Assembly: GCA_963785305.1 (NCBI GenBank)
Contig: CAWAUV010000007.1
Location: 1,088,001 to 1,152,000, forward strand
Direction of reading: 5' to 3'
DNA: 64,000 bases
Origin: an uncultured Planctomycetaceae bacterium
GTDB lineage: Bacteria; Planctomycetota; Planctomycetia; Pirellulales; PALSA-1355
Part shown: piece after piece, positions 44,191-56,619 of the stretch
How positions within the stretch are numbered: the stretch's first letter is position 1
How the letters are laid out: every line of letters starts with the position of its first letter
The notes under the pieces: generated by a model
Database searches by the model: none
Told to the model about the DNA's origin: nothing
Seen by the model: only the letters and a program-made list of their open reading frames with translations
Made by a program: the position numbers and the translations under genes

Positions 44191-45050
44191 TATCGATGCA
44201 ATCGTCGGCCTGGGCGCGGCGCTCTTGGCCGTGGGCTTGTGGTTGATGGCGCCGCGGGGCGGTTCGCGCGGTCGTTGGGTCGGGCGCTGGTCACGGCCGT
44301 GGGGCTCGGCTGCTTGATCGGCAAGATTCCCGCCCTGGGCGAAGACGCGGCGACGGTCGTGTTCTATCTGCTGGCCGCCGCCACGGTGCTGCCGGCGGTG
44401 TGCATGATCTCGTGCGCGAGTCCGATGTACTCCGCGATTTGGTTCGCGATGGCGCTCCTGGGCACGGCGGGGTTGTTTCTGTTTCAAGGCTCGCAGTTTC
44501 TCGGCGTGGCGACGGTCGTGGTCTATGCCGGCGCGATTCTGGTCACGTTTTTATTCGTGCTCATGCTCGCGCAGCCGGGCGGCGAAGCGCCTTATGACCG
44601 CACAAGCTGGGAGGCCCCGTTTTCGGCCGCCGCCGGGCGCTGATTACCGGCCTGCTCACGGTGGCGATCGTCAATGTGTTTCAGCCGCCCGGCGAAGCGC
44701 CGCGAGACGGCCAGCCGCTCGCCAGCTTGGCGTCGGCGCCCGAAGTCACCCCAGCCGCGCTCGCCGACAACCTGCTCACCGAGGATCACATGGCCCGGCT
44801 CGGCGCCGAGCTCTTTAGCCGGCATCTGATGTCGGTCGAGTTGGCGGGCACGCTGCTCTTGGTGGGGCTCGTGGGTTGCGTGGCGATCGTGTCGCGGATG
44901 CATCAGCCGAGAGGTGGCAAGGAATCGACCTTGGGGGCGGCCGTCTCGGAAGTCGTGAGCGGCGCCGGGGTCACGCACATTGGCATGTCGGGACCGATCG
45001 GCCCGGAAGGTTTGGGCGGAACCGGTTCAGGAGGTGGGCATCATGTCTGA
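44180..45050 (+). CDS. nuoJ: NADH-quinone oxidoreductase subunit J, two frameshifts
   Basis: VVVYAGAILVTFLFVLML and ELAGTLLLVGLVG lie in different frames; position between nuoI and nuoK. Confidence 0.88.
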
Positions 45051-45486
45051 GGCCGCGCTGCTTGAAAACTATCTGATCCTCGGGGCGCTGCTGTTTGGCA
45101 TCGGCCTGGTCGGCTTTTTCAGCCGGCGAAACATGATCATCATGTTCCTCTGCGCCGAGCTGATGCTCCAGGGCGTGTCGGTGAGCCTCGTGGCTTGGGG
45201 GCGCTGGCACAACGACTGGGGCGGCCAGATGCTCGTGATTTTTATTCTCACGGTGGCCGCGTGCGAAGCCGCGATCGCGCTGGCGCTCGTGTTGTCGCTT
45301 TATCAGCGGAGTGGATCGCTGGATGTGGCCTTCTGGCAGGGCCTGCGCGAAGACAATCTGCCGCCGCACATCGACCGCGAGCTTCCGCCGAGCGATGACG
45401 TGAAGCCGCATTGGCCCACGCTGACGCCCGCCGGGCTCGAGCCGCCGCCGAATTTGGAGGAGGTAACACACCGCAGCCATGTCTAA
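45043..45486 (+). CDS. nuoK: NADH-quinone oxidoreductase subunit K with a C-terminal extension
   Basis: RRNMIIMFLCAELML, LTVAACEAAIALAL. Confidence 0.95.
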   Translation: MSEAALLENYLILGALLFGIGLVGFFSRRNMIIMFLCAELMLQGVSVSLVAWGRWHNDWGGQMLVIFILTVAACEAAIALALVLSLYQRSGSLDVAFWQGLREDNLPPHIDRELPPSDDVKPHWPTLTPAGLEPPPNLEEVTHRSHV

Positions 45487-47613
45487 TGAAGCACAAAACG
45501 CGCTGATCGCGATTCCGGCCCTGCCGCTGTTGGCGTCGGTGCTGGTGGCGCTGTTCGGCAAGTCGATCTTTGGTTCGAAGAGCCACTACCCGGTGGTGTT
45601 GGCGATTGGCGGCTCGTTTTTATTGAGCCTGTTCTTGCTGTTCACCGTGCGCTCGCATGTCGAGTCGGCGCCCGAGGCGCTCCCGGCTGGGAAGCGACGG
45701 TGAATCTCTGGCAATGGGCGAAAATCGACGACGCGATCGCGACTCCCGCCTTCGCGCGGCCCGCGGCCGACGCGGAGCAGCTTGCCGCCGAGGAGCATGC
45801 GGGCAAGCCGGGCGAGTCGGCCGTCGCCCCGACCCCGACTCCGCTGCCCGGGCGGCTGCCCTTCACGATCGACGTGACGCTGCGGGCCGACGCGCTCACC
45901 TGCATCATGCTTTCGATGGTCACGTTTATCTCGACCCTCGTGGCGATCTACGCCAGCGGCTACATGCACGGCGATCCCGGCTATGCTCGCTTCTTCGCCT
46001 ATATCGCGCTGTTCGTGTTTTCAATGACGATGCTGGTGTCGGTGAGCAACTTCGTGTTGCTCTATGTCTTTTGGGAAGCGGTCGGCGTGTGCAGTTATTT
46101 GCTGATCGGGTTTTGGTATCAAAAGCCCGAGGCGGCCGCGGCCGGCAAGAAGGCGTTTTTGGTCAATCGCATCGGTGACTTCGGCTTTGCCCTGGGCTTG
46201 TTCCTGATTTGGACCACCTACGGCACGCTCAACTATCACGACGCCGACGGCATCGCCGGAGTGCTGGGGCAAACTCGCCTCGCGCATGTCGAAGGCGCGG
46301 CTGGCCCGGCGATGTATCTCGGCGGCGGCGTGGCCACGGCGATCTGCTTGCTGTTGCTCTTGGGCGCGTGTGGCAAGAGCGCGCAGTTTCCGCTGCATGT
46401 GTGGCTGCCCGACGCCATGGAAGGCCCCACTCCGGTGAGCGCCTTGATTCACGCCGCCACGATGGTCACGGCCGGCGTTTATATGGTCACGCGCTGCACG
46501 CCGCTGTTTCATCAGTCGGCATACGCGCAAGAAGTGGTGGCGCTCACCGGCGCCGTCACCGCGGCAATGGCCGGCTTTATCGCCATCACGCAAACCGACC
46601 TCAAGCGGGTGCTCGCCTACTCGACCATCAGCCAGTTAGGTTATATGTTTCTCGGCCTGGGTGTCGGCTCGCTGGCCGGAATCACGGCCGGCATGTTCCA
46701 CTTGTTTACCCACGCCTTTTTCAAGGCGCTTTTGTTCTTGGGCGCCGGCAGCGTGATGCACGCCATGGGCGGCGTGATCGACATGCGGCATTTCGGCGGC
46801 CTCCGGCGGCTGATGCCCACCACCTGCTGGACATTTCTGTTCGGTTCGCTGGCGCTGGCTGGCGTGGTCCCGTTCGCGGGCTTCTGGAGCAAAGACGCGA
46901 TCATGGCCGCGGTGCATGATCGGGCCCATGATTCGGCGTTTTTCAACGTGCTGTTCTACATTGCCTTGGCCACGGCGCTGGCCACGGCGGCCTATACGTT
47001 TCGGGCCTATTTCCTCACCTTTCATGGACCCGAGCGCGTGCCGCCCGAAGCGGGGCATCATGCGCACGAATCGCCTTGGAACATGACCGTGCCGCTGATG
47101 ATCCTGGCCGTGGGCGCGTTGATCGTGGGCGGGTACTTCGAGGCGACCTCCAAGAACGGGTTCGCCGATTTTCTGCATCGCACTCCCTCGCTGGCGTTCG
47201 GCGAGTTCGCCGAGCAGGCCAAGGAAGTCGAGCACATGCATTGGAATGTGGCGATCATCAGCACGATTGCCGCCTTTGCCGGAATTGGATTGGCGTATTT
47301 CATCTACATGGGCGCTCCGGGCCGGGCGAACACGATCGCCCAAAAACTGCGGCCGCTCTACATTCTCTCGCTCGGGAAGTTGTTTCTCGACCCGATCTAT
47401 GGGCTGTTGTTCGTGTGGCCGCTGCGGGCCTTGGCGTTTATTTTTTACGCGATCGATCGCTGGCTGATCGACGCGCTGGTGAACTTGGTCGGCAAGATCC
47501 CTCCCTGGATCGGGGCCACGCTCCGCGGCATGCAAAACGGCATGGTCCAGTTCTATGCGCTTGCCATGGTGTTTGGAGTGGCGGTGCTGATCGGCACGCT
47601 TTTGATTTGGTGA
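45479..47613 (+). CDS. nuoL: NADH-quinone oxidoreductase subunit L, frameshift near 45690
   Basis: GKSAQFPLHVWLPDAMEGPTPVSALIHAATMV, HAFFKALLFL. Confidence 0.95.
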
Positions 47614-47772
47614 GCGGTGGTCGTTCGGCGAGGGGAAGCTCGCGGTGGTTATTGGCAGTAGCAATCGATTGCGATCCGGCGCCGTCGTCCGTCCCAGGGC
47701 GGGGCGGGGGATTTCGGTTTCGGGAACAGCCGTTCGCATTTTTGGAAAAGCCCTACCTCTTTTGGTAACGCG

Positions 47773-49664
47773 ATGACGAATCTCCTTTTGGCCACCATCT
47801 TTCTGCCGCTCATTGGCGCGGTCGGCATTCTGTTGCTCGCCGACCAGGGCAAGGCGGTCGCTCGGCAATTGGCCCTGCTCACCTCGCTGGGCGCCGCAGC
47901 CATGGCCGGGCGCTGGTGTTTCGCTATGTGCCCGGCGACGCCGACTTCTCGGAGTGGGGATGCAACTGGCTCACGATGCCGGGCGTCGACATCAAGTTTT
48001 CGCTGGGGATCGACGGCATCAGTGTCTGGCTCTTTGGGCTCTCGGCGCTCCTGACCGTGACGTGCGTGCTGATCAGTTGGGAATCGATCTCGGATCGGCC
48101 GGGCACGTTTTACGCGCTGTTGCTCTTTCTCGAAACCGGCATGCTCGGCGTGTTTGCCGCCCGCGACATCATCATGTTCTACGTGTTTTTCGAGTTCACG
48201 CTGATTCCGCTCTTTTTCCTGATCGGCATCTGGGGGAGCGAGGAACGGCGGTATGCGGCGATCAAGTTCTTTATTTTCACGCTGGCCGGCAGCGTGCTCA
48301 CGTTCTTGGGGCTCGTGGCGATCGTCGTTTGGAACTCCACCCAGCCCAACGCGAGCGTGACCTTTTCGATCTCGGAAATCACGAAGGGGCTGGCGGCCAA
48401 TCCGCTGCCGTTTAATTATCAACTCTGGATCTTCCTGGCGTTATTCGCCGGTTTCGCGATCAAGGTGCCGCTCTTTCCGCTGCACACCTGGTTGCCGCTG
48501 GCGCATGTGCAAGCGCCGGCCGCGGGCAGCGTGCTCTTGGCCGGGGTGCTGCTCAAGATCGGCTGCTATGGTTTTCTGAGGTTCAGCATTCCCTGGCTGC
48601 CCGAGGCCACGGCCGCGGCGGTTCCCTGGATGCTGTGGCTTTCGGCCGCCGGCATTATCTATGGCGCCCTGGTGGCGCTGGCCCAGTCGGATCTCAAGAA
48701 GCTGATCGCGTATTCGAGCGTCAGCCACTTGGGCTACTGCATGCTGGGACTGTTTGCCCTCACGGCCGCGGGGCTCGAGGGCGGCACGCTTCAACTGATC
48801 AACCACGGCCTCTCGACCGGCGGCCTGTTCGCCTTGGTCGGCATGATTTACGAACGCTACCATACGCGTGAGATTCGCGAGTTCTCCGGGCTCACCCGGC
48901 GATTGCCGCTGCTCACGACGATGTTTGTATTCTTCACGTTTTCGAGCATCGGCCTGCCGGGGCTCAACGGTTTCGCCGGTGAATTCTTGGTGCTGATCGG
49001 CATGTTCCAGCGGGCCATGGGTCCGCTTTCGACCGAGCTGGCCAGCCAGTTCAAGGTGATTGCCGTGCTGGGCGTGTTTGGCGTGGTGCTGGGCGCGTGG
49101 TACATGCTCTGGCTGGTGCAGCGCGTGTTCTTCGGGCCGCTTCGCGAGCCGAGCCTACATCACGCCGCCGCCCACGGACACGAAAGCCACGCGACGCATG
49201 GCCATGGCCCTGGCAGCCACGCGGCGGCCACCACCGCGCATGGACACGCCGCCGATGGCCACGACGCGCACCATGGCCATGCCGAAGCGCCGCTGCCGGG
49301 CCCGCACATTCCCGATCTCAGCGCGCGCGAGTTTTTTGCCCTCGCGCCGCTATGCGTGTTTATTGTGTGGATCGGCGTGCATCCCGCGTTTTTCTTGCGG
49401 CGCTTCGAACCCGGCCTGACCGATCTGACCGCGGGCGCCGAGGCGACCTTCGATCGCAATATGGAAGGCGAGCGCCGCGATGAATCGGAGACGCAGGTGG
49501 GCGCCGTGGCGATTCCGCCCGAGCAAGCGCCCGCGGCCAAGCCGGCTCTCTCCGAGAGATCGTCGACCGAAAGATCATCCACCAAGAGCGCGAGCGAGAC
49601 GTTTCGCGCCGCGGGCGTCGCCGCCCTTGCCCATCATCCTTCCTTGGGAGAACCGACCCCGTGA
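47773..49664 (+). CDS. nuoM: NADH-quinone oxidoreductase subunit M, frameshift near 47910
   Basis: IKVPLFPLHTWLPLAHVQAP, IAYSSVSHLG, GLPGLNGFAGEF. Confidence 0.95.
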
Positions 49665-51537
49665 CGAGTAGTGGCACGCTGTATCTGTTGCTGCCCGAGG
49701 TGATTCTCGTGCTCTTCGCCACCGCGATCTATGTGGGTGGCGCGTTTACCGCCGCGCGCGAGGGCTGGGCCTGGATGGCCGCCGCCGGATTGTTGCTGGC
49801 CGGCTTGGCCTTGCATCAGCAGCAAGATTCCCTGCATCTCGCGGCCCAAGAGTCCTCGGCCGCGAGCCCGATGGGCATGATGATCGGCGAGGGGAAGAAC
49901 GCCGGTGGCGAAATGGCTGGCTCGAACATGGCCGGCTCGAACAGGGCCGGCCAGGATATGGCCGGCCAGAACATGAGCGGTCCGATGAAGTCCATCCCGC
50001 GCGAGAACCCAGCCGCCGATCCGTTGGCGCCGGCCTCCGACGGCGATCTCCTGGCTAGCCGCCATTGCCGGGCCGCCCGCGATTTTGAGTGGTCCGGCCG
50101 TGATCGATTTCTTCGCGCATGTCGTGCGGTGGTTCACCATCGGCGTTGGGCTGTTGCTGGTGCTCATGCTCGCGCGCGGCCTCGGCCGGGCTCGCGCCGG
50201 AGCTCATGGGCTCGCTGCTCCTGATGATGGCGGGCCTGATGATCGTGGGCGTGGCCAATGATCTCGTGCTCTTGTTCTTGGGTCTCGAGCTGGTATCGAT
50301 TCCAACCTATGTGGTGCTCTATCTCGGCCGGCACGACACCGCGTCGCAGGAAGCGGCCACGAAGTATTTCTTTCTCAGCATCTTGTCGTCGGGCCTGCTT
50401 CTCTATGGGTTCAGCTTCCTCTATGGCTTTCACCACTCGACCTGCCTGATCGACGCGGGCCAAGCCTTGAATGCTTCCAATGCCCATGCGGTCGCCAGCG
50501 CCGCGCGCTCCAGGGCACGGGCAAGTTTGCCCTCTTGGCCATGGTGCTGATCTTCGCCGGGCTCGGGTTCCGCATGGCCGCCGTGCCGTTTCACTTCTAC
50601 GCCGCCCGATGTGTATCAGGGCACCTCACACGCCAACGCCGCGCTGTTGAGCGTGGTTCCCAAGATCGCGGGTCTGGTGGCGCTGGTGCGGGTGCTGGCG
50701 GCCCCGGTCGTGGCCACGGCGATCGACTTCCCCGCGCTGGCCAAAGTGGGGTGGCAGATATCGCTTGTGTTGGCGGTGATTACCATGACGCTGGGCAACC
50801 TTCTGGCCTTGTGGCAGCGCAATGTTCGCCGCATGCTGGCGTATTCCTCGATCGCCCATGCCGGCTACATGCTCATCGGCGTGGCGGTTGCTTTCGCCGC
50901 GAGTATCGATGTGGCCCAGGCCGGTCCGGCGGCGGCCGGGTTCGCGGGCATCGGCTCGGCGATGTTTTATCTGGCGACCTATGCGCTGGCCACGTTTGGC
51001 GCCTTCGCGGCGCTCGCTTACCTGAGCGGCGAGGAGCGACAGCTCAACACGGTCGACGAACTTGCCGGTCTCGCGCGGTCATGTCCGGCCGTGGCGGCGG
51101 TGATCGCGGTGTGCATGTTCAGCCTGCTCGGCTTGCCGCCTTTGGCCGGTTTCTGGGGCAAGTTTCAACTGATCTATGGGGCGCTCTCCTTCGCGCCGGG
51201 CGATGTTCGCTGGTGGTTGATCGCGCTCAGCATTGCCACGATGATCAACGCCGCGATCTCGGCCGGTTATTATCTCCGCGTGATTGCCGCCATGTATTTC
51301 CGCGAAGCCGTGCAAGTGGTGCGGCCGCAGGCTGGGCCCGGGCTCGGCGCCGCGATGCTCATTTCCACGTTTGGCGTGCTGCTGCTGGGAGTGGCGCCCG
51401 GCCCCTGGGTCGACGCCGCCGGTCGCGCGAGCGCGGCGGCCGAGGCGAGTATCGTGTCGCATCGAAGTGAGATGCAAGTCCGCGCCGCGGCGACCGATCA
51501 TGCCACGCTCGCCGTGGACCGGGGCGCCGATCGCTGA
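49661..51537 (+). CDS. nuoN: NADH-quinone oxidoreductase subunit N, about three frameshifts
   Basis: LLLPEVIL, GLELVSIPTY, EAATKYF, AAVPFHFY|DVYQG, RMLAYSSIAHAGY, GLPPLAGFWGK. Confidence 0.92.
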
Positions 51538-51576
51538 CCGGACCCGCGGCGTGGACCTCGCGGCGACTCGACTCGA

Positions 51577-53153
51577 ATGGCGGTTTCCATGGTGCGCTCC
51601 GCGATCCATCGCCTTGCCGATGCGCTCAACGCGGCGACCAGCCCCCTGTTTGTTCTCGATGAACGGCGCCGGATCGTTTTTTGGAACGAAGCCTGCGAGC
51701 GTTGGACCGGCGCGGCGGCCGAAGCGCTGCTCGGCGCGGTGTGTGTGTACCAAGCGCCCGAGCCGCTCGACGACTCGACGCCGCCCGACGAACCCGCTTC
51801 CGAAGGGTCGGGCACATCGGCGGCCGAGCAGGGGCGATTGCCCGCCAAGGATGGCCGTATCGCGGCGATCTTGGCCGCGGGGCTCTGTCCGTCGCCGGCG
51901 GCGCTTGGAGGGCTGCGCTGCCGCGAGCGGCGCGAAGTGTGGCTACGCAAAAACGAATGCCTCGGGGCGTGGGTCGAATATCTGCCCCTCGCCCGCGGGC
52001 CCGATGAAGTATCGCCGATCGTGGCTCTTGTCGATCTCGCGGCCCCGGGACCTGCGCCCACCGACGGACTCCCACCGTACACTCCCGCGCCCGAGGCGAT
52101 CGAAAAGTACATGGTCGAACCGGCGCCCGGCGAGCCTTCGGCCGAGAGTTTGCATCGGGCCCTCGTGCGTTTTCGCGCCAGGCTCGGGCGTCGCTATGCT
52201 CCCGAACAGTTCGTGGGCGCCGATCCACGCATCGCGCGGGCCCGGGCACAGGCGGCGCTCGCGGCGCTTGGCGACCAGAGCGTGATGATCGTGGGACCGG
52301 CGGGCGTGGGCAAGGAGCATTTGGCCCGCGCGATTCATTACTCTCGCCATGGCGATGGCGCGGCCGAATGGGCCGCGCTGGCCTGCGGGGCCTTGGGCGC
52401 CGAATTGCTGGGATCGACGCTCGCGGCGCTGGTCGCTCGTCAATCGGCCGCCGGGCCGGCGCCCATCGCGCTGTCGCTAGGGGGTTCTTCATCGCTCGCG
52501 CCGCGGCGCCGGGCGGGTCGCTGCTCTTGAACGATGCCGACCGAATGCCGGTCGAGACCCAGGGTCTGCTCGCCGACCTAATCGCGTCGGGCAAGCTGCG
52601 AATGCAAGTGCTTTCGACCGGCAAACGCTCGCTGGTCGAACTGGCTGGCGAAGGCAAATTCGATTCGCGGCTGGGTCATGCGCTCTCGACGCTCGAAATC
52701 ACGATCCCGCCGCTCGCCGAGCGCTTGGGCGATTTGCCGCTGTTATGTCAGGCGATCGTCGAGCGGATCAATGGCGAGGGCGCCAAGCAACTGGCCGGCG
52801 TCGCTCCCGAGACGCTCGATCTGCTCGCCGCATATCCCTGGCCTAGCAATGTCGACGATCTTTCCGCGACCTTGGCCGAGGCGCATGCGCGGGCCGAGGG
52901 AACCGAAATCAAACCGCTCGACTTGCCCAAGCAGGTGCATCAATATATTGAGGCGAAGTCGCGCCCCGATCCGCGCCCCGAGCCGATCCGGCTCGAGGCG
53001 TTTTTGGCCGACGTGGAGCGCGAACTGATTGCCCGAGCGTTGCGCCGGGCCAAAGGCAACAAAAGTCGCGCCGCCAAACTGCTCGGGCTCACCCGCCCGC
53101 GGCTCTACCGCCGCATGGCCGAACTGGGGCTCGCCGATGGGGAGTCGAAGTAA
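51577..53153 (+). CDS. PAS + AAA+ + Fis-HTH transcriptional regulator (NtrC-like, no GAFTGA), frameshift near 52480
   Basis: PLFVLDERRRIVFWNEACERWTG, GPAGVGKEHLARAIH, IPPLAERLGD, YPWPSNV, GNKSRAAKLLGLTRPRLYRRM. Confidence 0.85.
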
Positions 53154-53313
53154 CGGGCCGGCAACCATCGCGCCCCAAGCCGAACACAACGCGAGCCAAA
53201 CGCAACGCGGCGGGGCCCCGCGGGGTTCGCCCAAGAGCAGGTTTGACATTCGAGTGAGTTGGCATTCGGGCTCCCCGCGGGTTAAGATTTCTGGCAAGAA
53301 AGCAGTGCCTCAC

Positions 53314-53892
53314 GTGAAAGCCAGATCGCATCGAGCGCCCGTGCGATGGATTGTGTGCGAGCGGGGCGACGCGTGGGCGCCGGCGATTGGTCGGGCTTTG
53401 GGTCGGCGAATTGAAACGCGGTCGACACGGAGCCTCGCCGAGTGCGTCGAGCGGTTGGCCGACGCGCCGGCCGGCATCGTGGCGATCGAGCTCACGGCGA
53501 ATCAGGTCGAACGCGTGGCGGATTTTATTTTCCGCCTCGCCGAGGACTCGCCCGCGATAGGACCGCCTCCGCGAGGAGCGCCAGCGACGCGCATGCCGGC
53601 GCCGCGAGTGATCGTGGTCGCGGATCGGGCGCTGGCCGGATTCGAGCCGTGGATGCGCGAGGCCGGCGCCGCGCATTTCGAAACATCGCCGCGACGATTG
53701 ACACGCCTCCGCGGCCTTGTCGAGCAACTGGCGCGAGCCGAGCGCCGCGCATTCGACGCCCACGGCCCGCGATTGTCGCTTGCCGATCGGATTTGGGCGC
53801 GGCTGCCGTGGAGCGAGCAGCCGCGCGCGGCGACCGCGCCCTGGAACCGCCTCCATGACCCGGGAACGGCGCGGTCCGCGAGATTAAACTAG
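53314..53892 (+). CDS. Hypothetical protein, degenerate receiver-like fold
   Basis: WIVCERGDAWAPAI...IVAIEL...VIVVADR...MREAGAAHF; start uncertain. Confidence 0.55.
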   Translation: MKARSHRAPVRWIVCERGDAWAPAIGRALGRRIETRSTRSLAECVERLADAPAGIVAIELTANQVERVADFIFRLAEDSPAIGPPPRGAPATRMPAPRVIVVADRALAGFEPWMREAGAAHFETSPRRLTRLRGLVEQLARAERRAFDAHGPRLSLADRIWARLPWSEQPRAATAPWNRLHDPGTARSARLN

Positions 53893-53931
53893 AACATCAA
53901 CGACTTCGATTTTGGAAAGGCGTCAGAGAGC

Positions 53932-55009
53932 ATGATGAACCCTTCGCTCGATTCGTCCGCGGTCGAGGCCGCGCTCAAGGATTTTCTCGATCCCGAGACC
54001 GGCGATTCGATCGTCGCCACCGGCCAACTGCGCGAGGCACACGTCGATGGCGCCGGGATTTTCGTCAAGCTCGGGCTCACCACCCATACGCGCATGCATC
54101 TGGCAAGACACCAAGGCCGAACTCGAACAACGGCTCGGCGAGCGATTTCCGGGCGCCGGGGTGACTGTCGAGATCGTCGAGCACCAGCGACCGCCGACGC
54201 CCCTGGGCGAGATCGGGGTCACGGCCAAGAGTGTCATCGCGGTGGGATCGGGCAAGGGCGGCGTGGGCAAGAGCACCATCGCCACGGCGCTGGCCGTGGG
54301 CCTCGCGCGGGCCGGATCGAAAGTCGGTTTACTCGACGCCGATGTCTACGGACCGAGCGTGCCGCATTTATTGGGCGCCATGCGCAAGCCCACGGTCGAG
54401 CAGGGACGCATCCAGCCGATCGAAGTGGCGGGGCTCAAGGCCATGTCGATGGGTTTTCTGGTGCCGGCCGGCGAAGCGGTGGTATGGCGCGGACCGATGC
54501 TGCATGGCGCCATCACCCAACTACTGCGCGACACCGCCTGGGGCAATCTCGATTATCTGTTCATCGACATGCCGCCCGGCACCGGCGATATCGCGCTCAC
54601 GCTTTCGCAATTGTTGCCGCTCACCGGCGCGGTCGTGGTCTGCACTCCGCAAGACGTGGCGCTGCTCGACGCGGTGAAGGCGATCGCCATGTTTCGCAAG
54701 GTGAATATCCCGATCTTGGGCATGGTTGAAAACATGAGCGGGTTCGAGTGTCCCGACTGCGGCAAGCGACACGATATCTTCGGCTCGGGCGGGGCCAAGC
54801 GCCGCGCCGAGGAGCTCGATGTGCCGTTTCTTGGCGATGTGCCGATCAATATGCAGATTCGCCGCCATGGCGACGAGGGCGAGCCGCGGGCCGCGTTCGA
54901 TGACCCCACTTCGGCAAAATATTTGCAGGCGCTGTGTCAGACCCTGGTGCGCAATCTGGCCGCGGCGCGGCGGGCCAAGCAAACGCCGTCGACGTTGCCA
55001 TCGCTCTAA
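53932..55009 (+). CDS. mrp: Mrp/ApbC/NBP35 iron-sulfur cluster carrier ATPase, frameshift near 54090
   Basis: VGSGKGGVGKST, DADVYGPS, WRGPML, DMPPGTGD, ENMS..CPDC. Confidence 0.93.
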
Positions 55010-55077
55010 AGGACAAGGGCGATTGCCAGGCGCCGCTCAGACGCGGCAAGGGCGCGGCGCGTGCCAGGCGCCGGCGA

Positions 55078-56619
55078 TCAGTCGCCGCCGCTCGTTTCCT
55101 TCAGCCCGAGAAACGCCCACCAGCGGCGCTGGCCGGCCGGGGGTTGATTCGCGGCGTTTGAAGCCGGCTCCGCGGGTTCGGCCGGACGCGCGCTGGCGAG
55201 GCGATCTTCGAGATCGGCCCAAGCGCGAGCCAAGCGTGCCCGTTCGACCGAGATTTCCACTTCCGCGACGCGCGATTTCTGTGTGCATTCTTCCTGCATG
55301 CGTTCGAGCCGTTCGCGCTCGTGGCGAATGAGCTCGTCGGCGTCGAGCATTCCGGCGATCGTCGCCGCTCCGACCGCGACCGAACCCAGGTTGCACGATT
55401 GCTGCGCGAGCACCGACTTCAGCTCCGCGATCTCACGATCTTTCTGGGCGATGACTTCATCCGTGATGCGAATCGTGCCCTCGATCGTGATGCGCGCCGC
55501 CGTCGCCTCTTCGTTCTCGGGTGTTGATTCGAGCGTGCTCAGCAATTGCTGCTTGCGGCTTTCCCAATCGAGCGCCGAACCGCTGGGTTCCGATTCGGAC
55601 TTGGCGTCGATTTGCGACTCGAGATCGGCGTTGCGCTGCTTGTATTGCCGCAGATCGGCGATCGCCATCTCGAAGCGCCGCTGGAGATCGTCGAACTTTT
55701 GACAAAAATCGGCGTGCTCGGCCTCGTATTCCAGCCGCATGCGATCCTCGACCAGCCGCTCTCGCGCGGCAAGCGCGTGCTCCGTGGCCAGAATGTCGTT
55801 GACGCGTCCGTTGGCAAAGGGCGATTCGATTTCGTTTGGTCCGCGATGTTGCTCCGCCGCCGGTTGAATCTCGGCCACGGTCTGGCGTCGCGGGGTGCTC
55901 CGGGCTTCTCTTCGCAGGCTTCGGAGTTCGGCCATGCGGCGGCCGAGCAATTGGCGCAGCCGCTGGCTCTCGCGCGCTCTTCCTCGAGCGCGCCGCGGGC
56001 CGACGTGAGGCTCGCCTGAAGTTGTCCGTGATGGTCTTCGGAAAGACGCTTGAGCTCTTGCTTGCGGCGCACGATCACCTCGCGCTGCGCGGCCCATTCG
56101 GTCTTGAGCTTGCGCGATGCGGCGGCGCTGGAGCTCGGCGGCGGCCCGCGCGCCGGCGAGCTCGGCCCGTTGGTTCGCGAGCTCGGCTCGCTGGGTCGCG
56201 AGTTCGTCGCGGTCGCGTTCGAGTCGCTCGCGGGCACGCGCCAAGTCGTGCTTGTCGTCGGTCAGGATTTGCTCGATACCCGACTGGGTTCGCTCGCTTT
56301 CGCGCAGTTTCGATTCGCGCGATTCGATATCACGCTCGCGCTCGGCGAGGTTCGATTGCTGCTCGGCGAGCATCGCCTCGCGGCGGCCGATATCGGCGGC
56401 AAGCTGTTCGCGGCGAGCTTGGGCTTCAGGAGCATTGTGGTCGTGGGCGGTGGCGAGCAATTCGTCGATTTCGACGGCCAATTGGGCTTCGAGGCGATCG
56501 ATGCGTCGTTGCTGTTCGTCGAGCAGTTCGAGAGCGCGGCGGCGACCGTGGTCGATGGCGCGCGCGAAGGCGTCGCTCCAGTCGGCTTGCGATTCGTCGG
56601 CTGTTTCCGAAATGCTCAT
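55078..56619 (-). CDS. Hypothetical long coiled-coil protein with an internal compensating frameshift
   Basis: Heptad-rich E/Q/R/L sequence; LDWESRKQQLL...IRITDEVIAQKDREI; the middle segment reads better in another frame. Confidence 0.7.
   Translation of the reverse strand: MSISETADESQADWSDAFARAIDHGRRRALELLDEQQRRIDRLEAQLAVEIDELLATAHDHNAPEAQARREQLAADIGRREAMLAEQQSNLAERERDIESRESKLRESERTQSGIEQILTDDKHDLARARERLERDRDELATQRAELANQRAELAGARAAAELQRRRIAQAQDRMGRAARGDRAPQARAQASFRRPSRTTSGEPHVGPRRARGRARESQRLRQLLGRRMAELRSLRREARSTPRRQTVAEIQPAAEQHRGPNEIESPFANGRVNDILATEHALAARERLVEDRMRLEYEAEHADFCQKFDDLQRRFEMAIADLRQYKQRNADLESQIDAKSESEPSGSALDWESRKQQLLSTLESTPENEEATAARITIEGTIRITDEVIAQKDREIAELKSVLAQQSCNLGSVAVGAATIAGMLDADELIRHERERLERMQEECTQKSRVAEVEISVERARLARAWADLEDRLASARPAEPAEPASNAANQPPAGQRRWWAFLGLKETSGGD

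Noticed and set aside
40566..51537. Split nuo genes as true pseudogenes or programmed frameshifts
   Set aside because: Shifts are scattered, lack consistent slippery sites and affect unrelated genes window-wide, so sequencing indels are more likely
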